Shown here one piece after another: positions 1 to 8,934 of a DNA stretch of 64,000 bases. Made by a program: the position numbers and the translations under genes. The notes beneath the pieces were generated by a model. That model saw only the letters and a list, made by a program, of their open reading frames with translations. It searched no databases and was not told the DNA's origin. The stretch comes from Methanomassiliicoccaceae archaeon (lineage in GTDB: Archaea; Thermoplasmatota; Thermoplasmata; Methanomassiliicoccales; Methanomassiliicoccaceae). The DNA is taken from positions 32,001 to 96,000 of the forward strand of contig JAXGZN010000002.1 in NCBI GenBank assembly GCA_040776945.1, given 5' to 3'. The first letter of the stretch is position 1; every line of letters begins with the position of its first letter.

Positions 1-486
1 GTTGTAGTACATGGAATCTCCGGCCTTCAGGCGGTGCTTCTGTTTCCCATAGGTCAGATCGACCTCGCCCTTCACCACGATTATAAACTCCTCGCCCTCA
101 TGGGCCGAAAGGGAGCTCTCTTTGGTCGGCTCGATCTCGATGTACAGCGGCTCCATGTGCCGATCGGTCTTTCCCTTGCCCAGCGGATAGTAGTGGTAGT
201 TCCCCGGTCCGGCCCCGTGGTGAGGAGTGGTCTCCTCCTTCCTCTCCTCCGCATGGACGATGATGGGGTCAGGTATGAACTGGTCGTCCATGAAGGTGCC
301 CAGCCTCTGCCCCATGGCCCGGGACAGCTTCACCAGCATACTGATCGCAGGATAGACCGTTCCGTCCTCAACGTTCCGCACCAGGGCAGGGTCAAGTCCG
401 GCGTTCTGGGCCAGTTCATCGATGGAGAGTCCGAGGCGTTCGCGATAGGTCTTGATGCGGTTTCCTAGTTTATCAGAAATGGACAT
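1..486 (-). CDS. XRE-family HTH transcriptional regulator with cupin domain (3' end runs off the window)
   Basis: Manual translation, not in ORF track: MSISDKLGNRIKTYRERLGLSIDELAQNAGLD...HEGEEFIIVVKGEV...LKAGDSMYYN; ATG at 486. Confidence 0.9.
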   Translation of the reverse strand, partial: MSISDKLGNRIKTYRERLGLSIDELAQNAGLDPALVRNVEDGTVYPAISMLVKLSRAMGQRLGTFMDDQFIPDPIIVHAEERKEETTPHHGAGPGNYHYYPLGKGKTDRHMEPLYIEIEPTKESSLSAHEGEEFIIVVKGEVDLTYGKQKHRLKAGDSMYYN

Positions 487-632
487 TTGCTATCCTCCGG
501 GGTTGGTGTTCGAAACGACACGGTCGGGTCGGGAACAAGGCCGCTGGTCCCCGAGCGAATCCGCAAATTCTCTAATATATCTTGCCACAGGGGCCTTCCT
601 GACGGTCGTGGGATCTCCGTTCGTCAACAGGT

Positions 633-2033
633 TCAACCCCGGCCGTTCCTGACCCAGGCCTTGGCGGCCTCGTACACCTTTCGGTTCCTCTCTACCAGCG
701 CGGGCTTCTCGGAGAAGCTGGCGTCCAGGGCCGCGAGCACATCCGCCTCCGGCATGCCCAGAAGGCCCAGTTCGACCATCGCGCCCAGGAAAGCGGTGTT
801 GGCCGCCTTGGGGGTTCCCGATTCCTCTGCTATCCGCATCGCCGGGAACGGCCTAAGGGTGACACCAGGGGGGGCCGCTGGACGCAGGGGAACGGACCCC
901 TCGAACAGCACCGTGCCGCCCTTGACCACGGTAGGGAGGAACTTCTCCAGCGAAGGCTGGTTCATCGCCACCAGGAGGTCAGGGGCGTCCACCGCCGGGG
1001 AGCCTATCTCCTTTCCTCCTATGACCACAGAGGCCGACGCGGCGCCCCCTCTCTGCTCCGGACCATAGCTGGGGAACCAAGAGACGTATCTGCCCCCTCT
1101 CCCCGCCGCCTCGGCAACGACCAGTCCAAGGCTGAGCACGCCCTGTCCGCCGAAGCCGGAGAACTTCATGTGCCTCTCCTTGAACTTGGGGTCCGGCACA
1201 GGGTCGATGCCGCCCTCGGAGCCCTGCATCAGGGCGGTCAGGTCCTTGATGGCGATGGGGGAGGGAGCCGCGGCCGGCTTGGCGGTGTGGTCCCGGAAAC
1301 AACCCAGGGGGAACACCCTCTCCATCTCCTGGGTCACGAAGTCCGCGGCCTTCAGGGCGTCCATCCTCCAGTTGGTGGGGCAGGGCGACAGGAACTCAAC
1401 GAACGCGTACCCCTTTCCATCGCGCTGGACCTCCAGGGCCTTGCGCACCGCCCTCTTGGCCTGCATGATGCGCTTGGTGTCCGCCACCGATACACGCTCG
1501 ATGTAAACCGGAGCGTCTAGCTGGGCCAGGATCTCGCACACCCTAAGGGGGTGCCCGGTCCTGACCACATCACGGCCGAAGGGCGTTGTCGTCGTCTTCT
1601 GGCCGGGCAGCGTGGTGGGCGCCATCTGCCCTCCGGTCATCGCATACAGAGAGTTGTTGACGAAGAAGCAGGCGAAATGTTCTCCCCTATTTGCCGCCTG
1701 GAAGGCGTTGTTGAACCCTATCGCCCCTAGATCGCCGTCGCCCTGGTATGCGATCACCACCTTGTCCGGCAGCACTCGCGAGAGGCCGGTGGCGACAGCG
1801 GACGCCCGCCCATGCGGAGCGGCCACGTTCCCGCAGTCGAAGTAATAATAGCAGAACGCCGCGCACCCCACGGGAGAGACGAACACGGTGCGGTCCTGCA
1901 GGCCCAGATCGGCCATCGCTTCTCCGATCAGCTTATGGATGATCCCGTGGCCGCAACCGGCGCAGAATGTGGTGGTCCTGCTCCCATCCTTCCGATCGAA
2001 GGTATCATAGAAACCCCTGGCCCTCTTGATCAT
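633..2033 (-). CDS. 2-oxoacid:ferredoxin oxidoreductase, fused beta (TPP-binding)/gamma subunit (Vor-type)
   Basis: [18 protein letters not shown] motif, SPCPTNW; C-terminal GFGGQG and [10 protein letters not shown] gamma motifs. Confidence 0.93.
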   Translation of the reverse strand: MIKRARGFYDTFDRKDGSRTTTFCAGCGHGIIHKLIGEAMADLGLQDRTVFVSPVGCAAFCYYYFDCGNVAAPHGRASAVATGLSRVLPDKVVIAYQGDGDLGAIGFNNAFQAANRGEHFACFFVNNSLYAMTGGQMAPTTLPGQKTTTTPFGRDVVRTGHPLRVCEILAQLDAPVYIERVSVADTKRIMQAKRAVRKALEVQRDGKGYAFVEFLSPCPTNWRMDALKAADFVTQEMERVFPLGCFRDHTAKPAAAPSPIAIKDLTALMQGSEGGIDPVPDPKFKERHMKFSGFGGQGVLSLGLVVAEAAGRGGRYVSWFPSYGPEQRGGAASASVVIGGKEIGSPAVDAPDLLVAMNQPSLEKFLPTVVKGGTVLFEGSVPLRPAAPPGVTLRPFPAMRIAEESGTPKAANTAFLGAMVELGLLGMPEADVLAALDASFSEKPALVERNRKVYEAAKAWVRNGRG

Positions 2034-3085
2034 TCTCTCTCCTCCCTCATGCTGCGGGCCGCCGCGAGCACGTCCTCCACCTTGACCATGTTGCCCCCCA
2101 TCCTGTTCACCAGGCGAACGTCCGAACAGCTCCCGCGGTCCAGATGCAGCAGGACATCGTCGCGGTACTGCCCGTTGCTCATCTCCACCACGAGGACCTG
2201 TCGGTCCCGGACCGCCAAGTTCATCTGCCGGGCGGGGAACGGAGAGAGGGAGATCGGCCGGAACAGGCCAGCCCGAACACCTTCAGCGCGCAGGCGGTCC
2301 ACCGCCGTGCGGGCTATGCGGGCCGAGGACCCGTAACCGGTCAGAACGATGTCCGCATCCTCCGTTCGATAGCTCTCAGACAGCACCTCGCACTTCATCC
2401 GCTCGTACTTCTCCTGCAGCACCTGGTTGTGGACCTCGTGACGGTCTGGGTCGAGGTATATGGAGGTGATGAGGTTCTTCCGGGTCTCAGCGTCGCCGCG
2501 CACCGCCCAGGAAGCGGTCTCTGGGGCCTGGGCCACGGCACCAGGCAACTGGAGGGATTCCATCATCTGCCCCAGGACGGCATCCGCGAGGACGATGACC
2601 GGGTTGCGGTACTTCATGGCCAGAGAGAAGGCCCTCATGGTCAGGTCGCACATCTCCTGCACCGATCCGGGAGCGAGGACGAGGCATTTGTAGTTGCCAT
2701 GACCACCCCCCTTTACCGCCTGGTTGTAGTCGCCCTGCTCCGGGCCGATGTTCCCCAACCCGGGACCAGTTCTCATAACATTGACGATCACCGCCGGGAG
2801 CTGGGCTCCAGCGAGGTACGATATCCCCTCCTGCATGAGGCTCATGCCTGGGCCGGAGGACGCGGTCATAGCGAGCTTCCCGGCGCTGGCGGCGCCGTAG
2901 ATCATGTTTATGGAGCCGGTCTCGCATTCAGCCTGGAGGAACTCCTTGCCCATCTGCGGGAAGAGCTCCGCTGCGCCGTGGGCGATCTCACTGGCCGGCG
3001 TGATCGGATAGCCGAAGTACACGTCGCATCCCGCGAACAGCGCTCCGATGACCACCGCCTCGTTGCCCTTGACGAACCTCCTCAC
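2030..3085 (-). CDS. 2-oxoacid:ferredoxin oxidoreductase alpha subunit (VorB-like)
   Basis: [29 protein letters not shown] motifs; 4-bp overlap with the downstream gene. Confidence 0.93.
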   Translation of the reverse strand: MRRFVKGNEAVVIGALFAGCDVYFGYPITPASEIAHGAAELFPQMGKEFLQAECETGSINMIYGAASAGKLAMTASSGPGMSLMQEGISYLAGAQLPAVIVNVMRTGPGLGNIGPEQGDYNQAVKGGGHGNYKCLVLAPGSVQEMCDLTMRAFSLAMKYRNPVIVLADAVLGQMMESLQLPGAVAQAPETASWAVRGDAETRKNLITSIYLDPDRHEVHNQVLQEKYERMKCEVLSESYRTEDADIVLTGYGSSARIARTAVDRLRAEGVRAGLFRPISLSPFPARQMNLAVRDRQVLVVEMSNGQYRDDVLLHLDRGSCSDVRLVNRMGGNMVKVEDVLAAARSMREERE

Positions 3086-3324
3086 CGTTCTCCCTCCTTG
3101 TCCGGGGCATGCACCTCTATCGCATAGATCTCAGGGCAATTGTAGAAGCATATCGCGCAGCCGGTGCATCCCTCTCCAACGTACTCCGCGGGCACGAACC
3201 CTCTCCGATTCACATGCTGGGCTTTCCTCAACACCTTCCTGGGGCAGGCGGCGATGCACCGTCCACAGCCCTTGCACTCATCCTCCGCGATGACTGGTCG
3301 GGGGACCTTAAGATCGGCGGCCAT
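3082..3324 (-). CDS. 2x[4Fe-4S] ferredoxin / oxidoreductase delta subunit
   Basis: [12 protein letters not shown] and [12 protein letters not shown]; first gene of the operon; start uncertain (3324 or 3348). Confidence 0.9.
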   Translation of the reverse strand: MAADLKVPRPVIAEDECKGCGRCIAACPRKVLRKAQHVNRRGFVPAEYVGEGCTGCAICFYNCPEIYAIEVHAPDKEGER

Positions 3325-3423
3325 GTTCTCCGCCAGGAAAACGGACAAGCGTACTTAAATCCTCGGAGCGGCAGGGCAAGGGGGGCGAAAGGAATTGTAC
3401 CTCCTGGACAATTCAGATGCGAT

Positions 3424-3996
3424 ATGATGACCAAGAAGAGCCATGGCAGGACCATGCCCCCCATCGCCCTGCCGATCTGCCTTTTGGGGGCCAATGTCGG
3501 GGGGAGGCCCAACTACTGCACGATAGCCTGGTTCACCATGATCGACGACGAGCCCCCCACGATAGGGCTGGTCACCGCTAAGGACCGCAAGACCAAGGAT
3601 GGGATAATCGAGAACCGCACCTTCAGTGTCAGCCTGCCCAGCACGGACATGGTGGTGCCGGTCGATCACGTGGGGACGACATCCGGGAGAAAGGAGGACA
3701 AATCATCGGTGTTCCGATCATTCTATGGAAGGCTGAGGACCGCCCCCATGGTGGAGGAGTGCCCGCTTACGATGGAGTGCGAGCTGAAGAGGATCGTGGA
3801 ACTTGAGGGCACAGATCTCATCATCGGAGAGATCGTGGAGGTGTACGCGGACGAGCGCGCCTACCACGGGAAGGAGCCTGACCCGTTCATACTCGACCCT
3901 CTGATGTACCTTTCCTCGGCCATGACATACCACCGCTTGGGGGACCGCATAGCCGACGCCTTCAAAGTGGGCAGCTCGTACCGGCAAAGGAACTGA
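3424..3996 (+). CDS. Flavin reductase / flavoredoxin family protein
   Basis: PN...IAW, TKDGIIENRTFSVSLP, GTTSGRKEDK, APMVEECPLTMEC; start trimmed from ORF 3109. Confidence 0.88.
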   Translation: MMTKKSHGRTMPPIALPICLLGANVGGRPNYCTIAWFTMIDDEPPTIGLVTAKDRKTKDGIIENRTFSVSLPSTDMVVPVDHVGTTSGRKEDKSSVFRSFYGRLRTAPMVEECPLTMECELKRIVELEGTDLIIGEIVEVYADERAYHGKEPDPFILDPLMYLSSAMTYHRLGDRIADAFKVGSSYRQRN

Positions 3997-4444
3997 GGCG
4001 CACTGCCCCGGCCCGTGAGGGCGGGCAGGGGAGCGAACGCCGCGGGCGCCTTCCGCCGGTAAAAAGGTGAAAAGGCCGCCCCGATCGGACGATGGGGCTC
4101 GGCGCCGCCCCTCTCGCGCTTTCCGACCGAAGCCATCCTCCCCGATCCGGCCGGCGGGCTCATGCAACAGGCATTATAGGGAAAGGCAATAGAGGCGGCC
4201 CTCTCCGCGCCGCCGGCCTTATGCCCTGGAACCATGCCTCCACCCCTCATCGGACCGAACGGCCTTTCGACCCGGGATGGGACCATGGGGCCGAGGTCCA
4301 CGGACGTGATCGGTCCATCTCTCTCCACCATTATAGTCCATAAGGTCGATCGGACGGTCTTTAGCGGGAAGGCCGTTCCCCGCTCCGTGCGTTGCGGGAC
4401 ATCTGTTAAATAATCTTAATGACAGAACAAGCTGCGGTACCGCC

Positions 4445-4864
4445 ATGAACGCCAAGACCCCGGCCAGGACCGACAAGGTCGTGAGGACGGAGGAGGAATG
4501 GAGAAGGCTGCTCACCCCAATGCAGTTCAACATCCTCCGCCGGGAAGGCACCGAACCGGCCTTCCATAACAAGTACTGGGACAACCATGAGGATGGGACC
4601 TATGTCTGCGCGGGCTGCCGGCTGCCGTTGTTCTCATCGAAGGACAAGTTCGATTCAGGCACTGGTTGGCCGAGCTTCACCAGGCCGATCGCGGACGATG
4701 CGGTGGGGACCGAACTGGACGCTCGGTTCGGGATGAGACGGACATCCGTCCTCTGCGCCCGATGCGGCGGGCACCTCGGCCACCTCTTCGAGGACGGACC
4801 ACCGCCCCTCGGGACCCGCTACTGCATGAACTCAGGGGCGCTCGAGCTCATCGCCGGGAAATGA
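4445..4864 (+). CDS. msrB: Peptide methionine-(R)-sulfoxide reductase
   Basis: GTEPAF, KFDSGTGWPSF, GHLGHLFEDGP, RYCMNS; two CxxC Zn pairs. Confidence 0.97.
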   Translation: MNAKTPARTDKVVRTEEEWRRLLTPMQFNILRREGTEPAFHNKYWDNHEDGTYVCAGCRLPLFSSKDKFDSGTGWPSFTRPIADDAVGTELDARFGMRRTSVLCARCGGHLGHLFEDGPPPLGTRYCMNSGALELIAGK

Positions 4865-5541
4865 TCTTCGGAGAACAGCACGTCCGCCACCTCCCTGAGG
4901 TCGGTGAAAGCCCCATGCCTCTTCCCGCAGCGCTCCAGCTCAGAGTGCAGGCGCGAGCCGCGGACCGCGAAGGCCAGGTCCGCCGACAACGCGGCCCAGA
5001 GGTCCGATATGCCGTCCCCGATGTATGCAGTCAGCCGACCGTCCGCCCTCTCCCGAAGGACTCGGTCCTCCTTGAAGTTCCTAGCACTGGCATTGGTCCG
5101 GGGAGGAAAGCGGAAACGAACCCGTCCCGCCTCGTCGGTCACCGCCGGGGCGACGATCTCGACGGAGCTCCAGCCTACGGATGCCATGAAATGGCGGATG
5201 TAGAAGTCCAGCCCAGCGCTGGTGATGGTGAAGGTAGCGTTGTTGGCCGCGCATCGGGTCAGGAGGTCGTGCAGTCCAGGCCGGGGAAGGATCACAGCGT
5301 CCAGCTCCCTAAGCATAACGTCCCTGGGGATGGATATCATCTCGAACTGCATCCTCATGCACTCCTCGATGGTGATCCTCCCCTCCATGAGCATGCCTTC
5401 GATCGCTCTCCAGTCACCGTCAGCGTGATGTTCGAGCAAGTACTCGGCAGAATCGATCAGTGTGATGGTCCCGTCGAAATCGCTGAGGACGCTGACGCCT
5501 CTAGGCATGCCGGGCCTATGGTCATCCTTGAGCTCCATCAT
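4819..5541 (-). CDS. HAD-superfamily phosphatase (MtnX / phosphoserine phosphatase-like)
   Basis: DFDGTIT motif I, ITSAG motif II, YIGDGISD motif IV; start uncertain. Confidence 0.85.
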   Translation of the reverse strand: MMELKDDHRPGMPRGVSVLSDFDGTITLIDSAEYLLEHHADGDWRAIEGMLMEGRITIEECMRMQFEMISIPRDVMLRELDAVILPRPGLHDLLTRCAANNATFTITSAGLDFYIRHFMASVGWSSVEIVAPAVTDEAGRVRFRFPPRTNASARNFKEDRVLRERADGRLTAYIGDGISDLWAALSADLAFAVRGSRLHSELERCGKRHGAFTDLREVADVLFSEDHFPAMSSSAPEFMQ

Positions 5542-5669
5542 GGGGTCATCCCGGTCGCCGCTAATAAAGATATGATGCCTCATGGCGAAAAACGGGATGG
5601 CATCCGATTTAGAACGGCCCGCCTCAATTAAAATAACCCGATGAACGGTATATCCATCGAGGGACGCCA

Positions 5670-7034
5670 ATGATTCTGATGAAGGTCAAGGCCGAGGGAT
5701 TGGCCCACCTTTCGTATATCGTCGGATCGAACGGAAAGGCCGCGGTGATCGATCCCCGCCGAGATTGCGACATCTATCTGGACATCGCCCAGGAGCATGG
5801 TCTAAGGATAACGCACATCCTCGAGACGCACCGCAACGAGGACTATGTGGCCGGCTCAAGGGAGCTGGCATCGCTGACCGGTGCGTCCATCCTGCACGGG
5901 GACATGCCCTTCGGATACGGACAGACCATATATGATGGCCATGAGGTGGACCTGGGGCAGGCAGTGCTGAGGGCATTAAGCACCCCAGGCCACACGCTCG
6001 AGAGCATGTCGTTCGTTCTCTATGACCGAACGTCCGGTCCCCAGCCTGTCGGCGTGTTCACCGGCGACGCTCTCTTCGTAGGGGATGTTGGCAGGACGGA
6101 CCTCTTCGGCGAGGACCGGATAAGGGAACTGGCGAGGCTCATGTTCGATTCCCTGCATAACAAACTCCTCCCACTTGGCGACAGCGTCATGATCTATCCT
6201 GCCCACGGGTCCGGCTCGGCCTGTGGAGGCAACATATCGGACCGAGAGGAGAGCACGATCGGTCTAGAGAAGGCGAAGAACAAGGCCTTGCGCCTTATAA
6301 GCAAGGAGGATTTCGTAGCCATGAAGGCCCGCGAGATAATGGAGAAGCCGCACTATTTCAATAGGATGGAGGAGATGAACCTGACCGGGCCGCCGATTTT
6401 GGGCCGGGTCCCGCGTCCGCCGGTGCTCCCTCCCAGAGAGATCATCCGGCGCTCCGACGACGGGGCAACGATACTGGACGTTCGCGCCCCGTCCTCCTTC
6501 GCGGGGGGCCATTTTCCAGGAGCGATAAGCATGCCGCGGGAGATCCTGCCGAGCTATGTCGGGTGGGTCCTGGACCACGATCGGCCCATCGTACTTGTCG
6601 TCGATGGGCCGGGAGACCTGGACAGCATCGTCAGGGACCTGATCAGGGTCGGATATGACGATGTGACCGGTCATGCAGCGGGAAGGGTGGAAGAGTGGGT
6701 CATCGATGGGCTTCCTATGGTAAGGTTCCCCACGGTCACGCCGATCGAGCTGCACGGCATGATGGTCCGTGGGGAGGACGTTCATGTGCTGGACGTCCGC
6801 ACGGAGAGAGAATGGTCATCCGGCAGAATTCAAGGGTCCCAGCATATCTTTGCCGGTTATCTCAGTAGAAGGATGGATGAGGTTCCCCGCGGCCGCAAGG
6901 TGGCGGTGATGTGCTCCTCCGGCCTGAGAGGGAGCCTGGGAGCGGGTCTTCTGCAGGATGCGGGCCTTGACGTGATCAACGTTCTCGGCGGAATAGGTGG
7001 CTGGTCGGCGGCCGGACTTCCGCTGGCAAGATAG
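5670..7034 (+). CDS. MBL-fold hydrolase fused to two rhodanese domains (persulfide dioxygenase/sulfurtransferase-like)
   Basis: IDPRRD, TPGHT, FTGDALFVGDVGR, YPAHG.GS.CG; C-terminal rhodanese with CSSGLR loop. Confidence 0.88.
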   Translation: MILMKVKAEGLAHLSYIVGSNGKAAVIDPRRDCDIYLDIAQEHGLRITHILETHRNEDYVAGSRELASLTGASILHGDMPFGYGQTIYDGHEVDLGQAVLRALSTPGHTLESMSFVLYDRTSGPQPVGVFTGDALFVGDVGRTDLFGEDRIRELARLMFDSLHNKLLPLGDSVMIYPAHGSGSACGGNISDREESTIGLEKAKNKALRLISKEDFVAMKAREIMEKPHYFNRMEEMNLTGPPILGRVPRPPVLPPREIIRRSDDGATILDVRAPSSFAGGHFPGAISMPREILPSYVGWVLDHDRPIVLVVDGPGDLDSIVRDLIRVGYDDVTGHAAGRVEEWVIDGLPMVRFPTVTPIELHGMMVRGEDVHVLDVRTEREWSSGRIQGSQHIFAGYLSRRMDEVPRGRKVAVMCSSGLRGSLGAGLLQDAGLDVINVLGGIGGWSAAGLPLAR

Positions 7035-7144
7035 ATGGCATGTTAATTGTTAACACGTCTCAGTAAAGATTAATTATGAAGTGTAAATGGTATTTTGAAG
7101 GAAGTTGAAATATGCAATAAATCGCGAAAATAGAACATAAATAT

Positions 7145-7198
7145 GATACAATGTTGCAATTAACGCTCTTTAGAAAACCAAGGATGCAACAATGTTGC
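7145..7198. promoter_or_regulatory. Two copies of a candidate operator GCAACA-N-TGTTGC in the AT-rich promoter of the methyltransferase
   Basis: Perfect palindrome GCAACAATGTTGC at 7186-7198; 2-mismatch copy GATACAATGTTGC at 7145-7157. Confidence 0.6.
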
Positions 7199-7255
7199 GA
7201 TTTCCCGACAACAAGGATTAAATATTGACAAACCAGTTAAGAAAATAGGGATTAT

Positions 7256-8371
7256 ATGGGATACGAGGAGATATTTCCACCATATGACATGGAGTGGCAC
7301 GCCCACTCCACAAGGCGCTTTGCGAATCCCTTCGTCGACAACAAGTATGATCGGGTCGATGTGGACCCGGTCATGCTGTCCCACGCGGCCATTGCGTGCG
7401 GATATACGATCAGGGATTTCTACGAAAAGCCGGAACTAGGCATACACTGTCTGGCCTATATCTACCAGATGTACGACCTGCTGCCGGTTACCCACTGGTT
7501 CTACTCCACCCCATGGCTCAAGGAGCTGGGAATGGAACTGACCCAGAAGGACACCCTCCCGCCAATCGCTGAGACCCCTATCATCAGCGAGCCTGGACAG
7601 GTCGATGACATCGAGGTGCCGGACGAGAAGGCGATCAGGAACGGATACACCTACCCGCAGTACCAGAGGCTGTATACCTATGTGCAGAAGCACCTCCCGC
7701 AGACCTTCGTCCCGATCTCATACGGGTTCGACCCGGTCGGAGAGGCCTCCCACATATGCGGTGTTGAGAACTTCATCATGTGGACCTTCACCGAGCCCGA
7801 CGCGGCCATGAAGCTCCTCAAGAAGTTCACCGACACGTCCATCGAGGGCGCTCTGTGCACTGCCAAGGACTACGGGATGGCCATGCTGGTCCTGGGATCG
7901 GTCCTGGCGAACAACGACATCTTCTCTGACGAGGCTGTCCGTGAGTACTCCGTCAACAACATGCGGTACTATATCGACAAGTGCTTCAGGGGAGGCGCTG
8001 GTCCGCAGATCTTCTACCACCTGTGCGGCAACCACGAGACCGACTACGTGGAGTTCCACAACCTGATATGGTCTCCCTTCACGGTGTTACATATAGGTTA
8101 CAAGGGAAGGGACGTGTTCCCGTCCGACCTACTGGTGAAGGAGTTCGGCAACAAGGCGACCATGATGGGCTCGGTCGACACCAAGCTGCTGATCAACCCC
8201 AACCCCAAGGTCGTGTATGATCAGTCCGCGGAACAGACCAAGGCCGGCCGCGACGCTCCCAGGGGATACATCCTCGGCTGCTCCTGCGAATGCCCCATGT
8301 ACTCGATCCCGGGCAACATCCTGGCAATGACCAGGGCGGCCAAGGACCACGGGTCGTACGGAAAGTGGTGA
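7256..8371 (+). CDS. MtaA/MtbA-like methylcobamide:coenzyme M methyltransferase (MT2, UroD fold)
   Basis: UroD-like size; Zn-binding H-x-C (FYHLCGNH) and C-terminal YILGCSCECP. Confidence 0.78.
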   Translation: MGYEEIFPPYDMEWHAHSTRRFANPFVDNKYDRVDVDPVMLSHAAIACGYTIRDFYEKPELGIHCLAYIYQMYDLLPVTHWFYSTPWLKELGMELTQKDTLPPIAETPIISEPGQVDDIEVPDEKAIRNGYTYPQYQRLYTYVQKHLPQTFVPISYGFDPVGEASHICGVENFIMWTFTEPDAAMKLLKKFTDTSIEGALCTAKDYGMAMLVLGSVLANNDIFSDEAVREYSVNNMRYYIDKCFRGGAGPQIFYHLCGNHETDYVEFHNLIWSPFTVLHIGYKGRDVFPSDLLVKEFGNKATMMGSVDTKLLINPNPKVVYDQSAEQTKAGRDAPRGYILGCSCECPMYSIPGNILAMTRAAKDHGSYGKW

Positions 8372-8381
8372 GGTGAAAAAA

Positions 8382-8828
8382 ATGGATGCTAAGTTCTCTG
8401 CTGAGGCCAAGGACCTTCTGGGAAAGAGGGGACTGAAGGAGGCCGATGTCGCCGATGTCATTAAGACCGCGGAGACCTCCCACAGGAAGGTCGCCGACGG
8501 GAAGAAGAGCCTCGCCAAGAAGCGCATCGGTGAGGTCACTGTCTACGGCATGTATGACAACTCCGGCAACGTATGCTCCGCATACTCTCACCGCATGGTG
8601 CTGGGCGAGCCGGTGAAGACCACCGATACCCCTGAGGTCACCAATTGGGAATGCGTGCACTGCAAGGAGAAGGCCATCGCCGGCACCGTCAACATGACCT
8701 ATATGGGAGTTACCAGGTCCGGGCCCGCGATCGTCTGCCCCAAGTGCGGCGATTCCTGGGTCGAGGAGTACCTGGCCACCAAGACCATCGCGGCAGCCGA
8801 GGGTCTCTTCGAGAAGAAGAAGGCATAA
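8382..8828 (+). CDS. DUF4258-like domain fused to YgiT/DVU_1557-type Zn finger
   Basis: FSAEAKDLLGKRGLKEADVADVI...SAYSHRM followed by WECVHC...PAIVCPKCGD...AEGLFEKK; 10 bp after the methyltransferase stop. Confidence 0.6.
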   Translation: MDAKFSAEAKDLLGKRGLKEADVADVIKTAETSHRKVADGKKSLAKKRIGEVTVYGMYDNSGNVCSAYSHRMVLGEPVKTTDTPEVTNWECVHCKEKAIAGTVNMTYMGVTRSGPAIVCPKCGDSWVEEYLATKTIAAAEGLFEKKKA

Positions 8829-8837
8829 ACCTATTAT

Positions 8838-8873
8838 GGCCGCACCGCGGCCCCTTTCAACATTTTTCTTTTA
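8838..8873 (+). terminator. Hairpin plus T-rich tract after the methyltransferase operon
   Basis: GGCCGC-ACC-GCGGCC followed by CTTTCAACATTTTTCTTTT. Confidence 0.5.
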
Positions 8874-8877
8874 TGAT

Positions 8878-8890
8878 GCAACATTGTGGC
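8878..8890. promoter_or_regulatory. Third copy of the candidate operator, upstream of the radical SAM gene
   Basis: GCAACATTGTGGC, one mismatch to GCAACA-N-TGTTGC. Confidence 0.55.
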
Positions 8891-8934
8891 GCATGTGTTT
8901 TTCAGTAACACATAACTAATAATAAGCTATTGAA

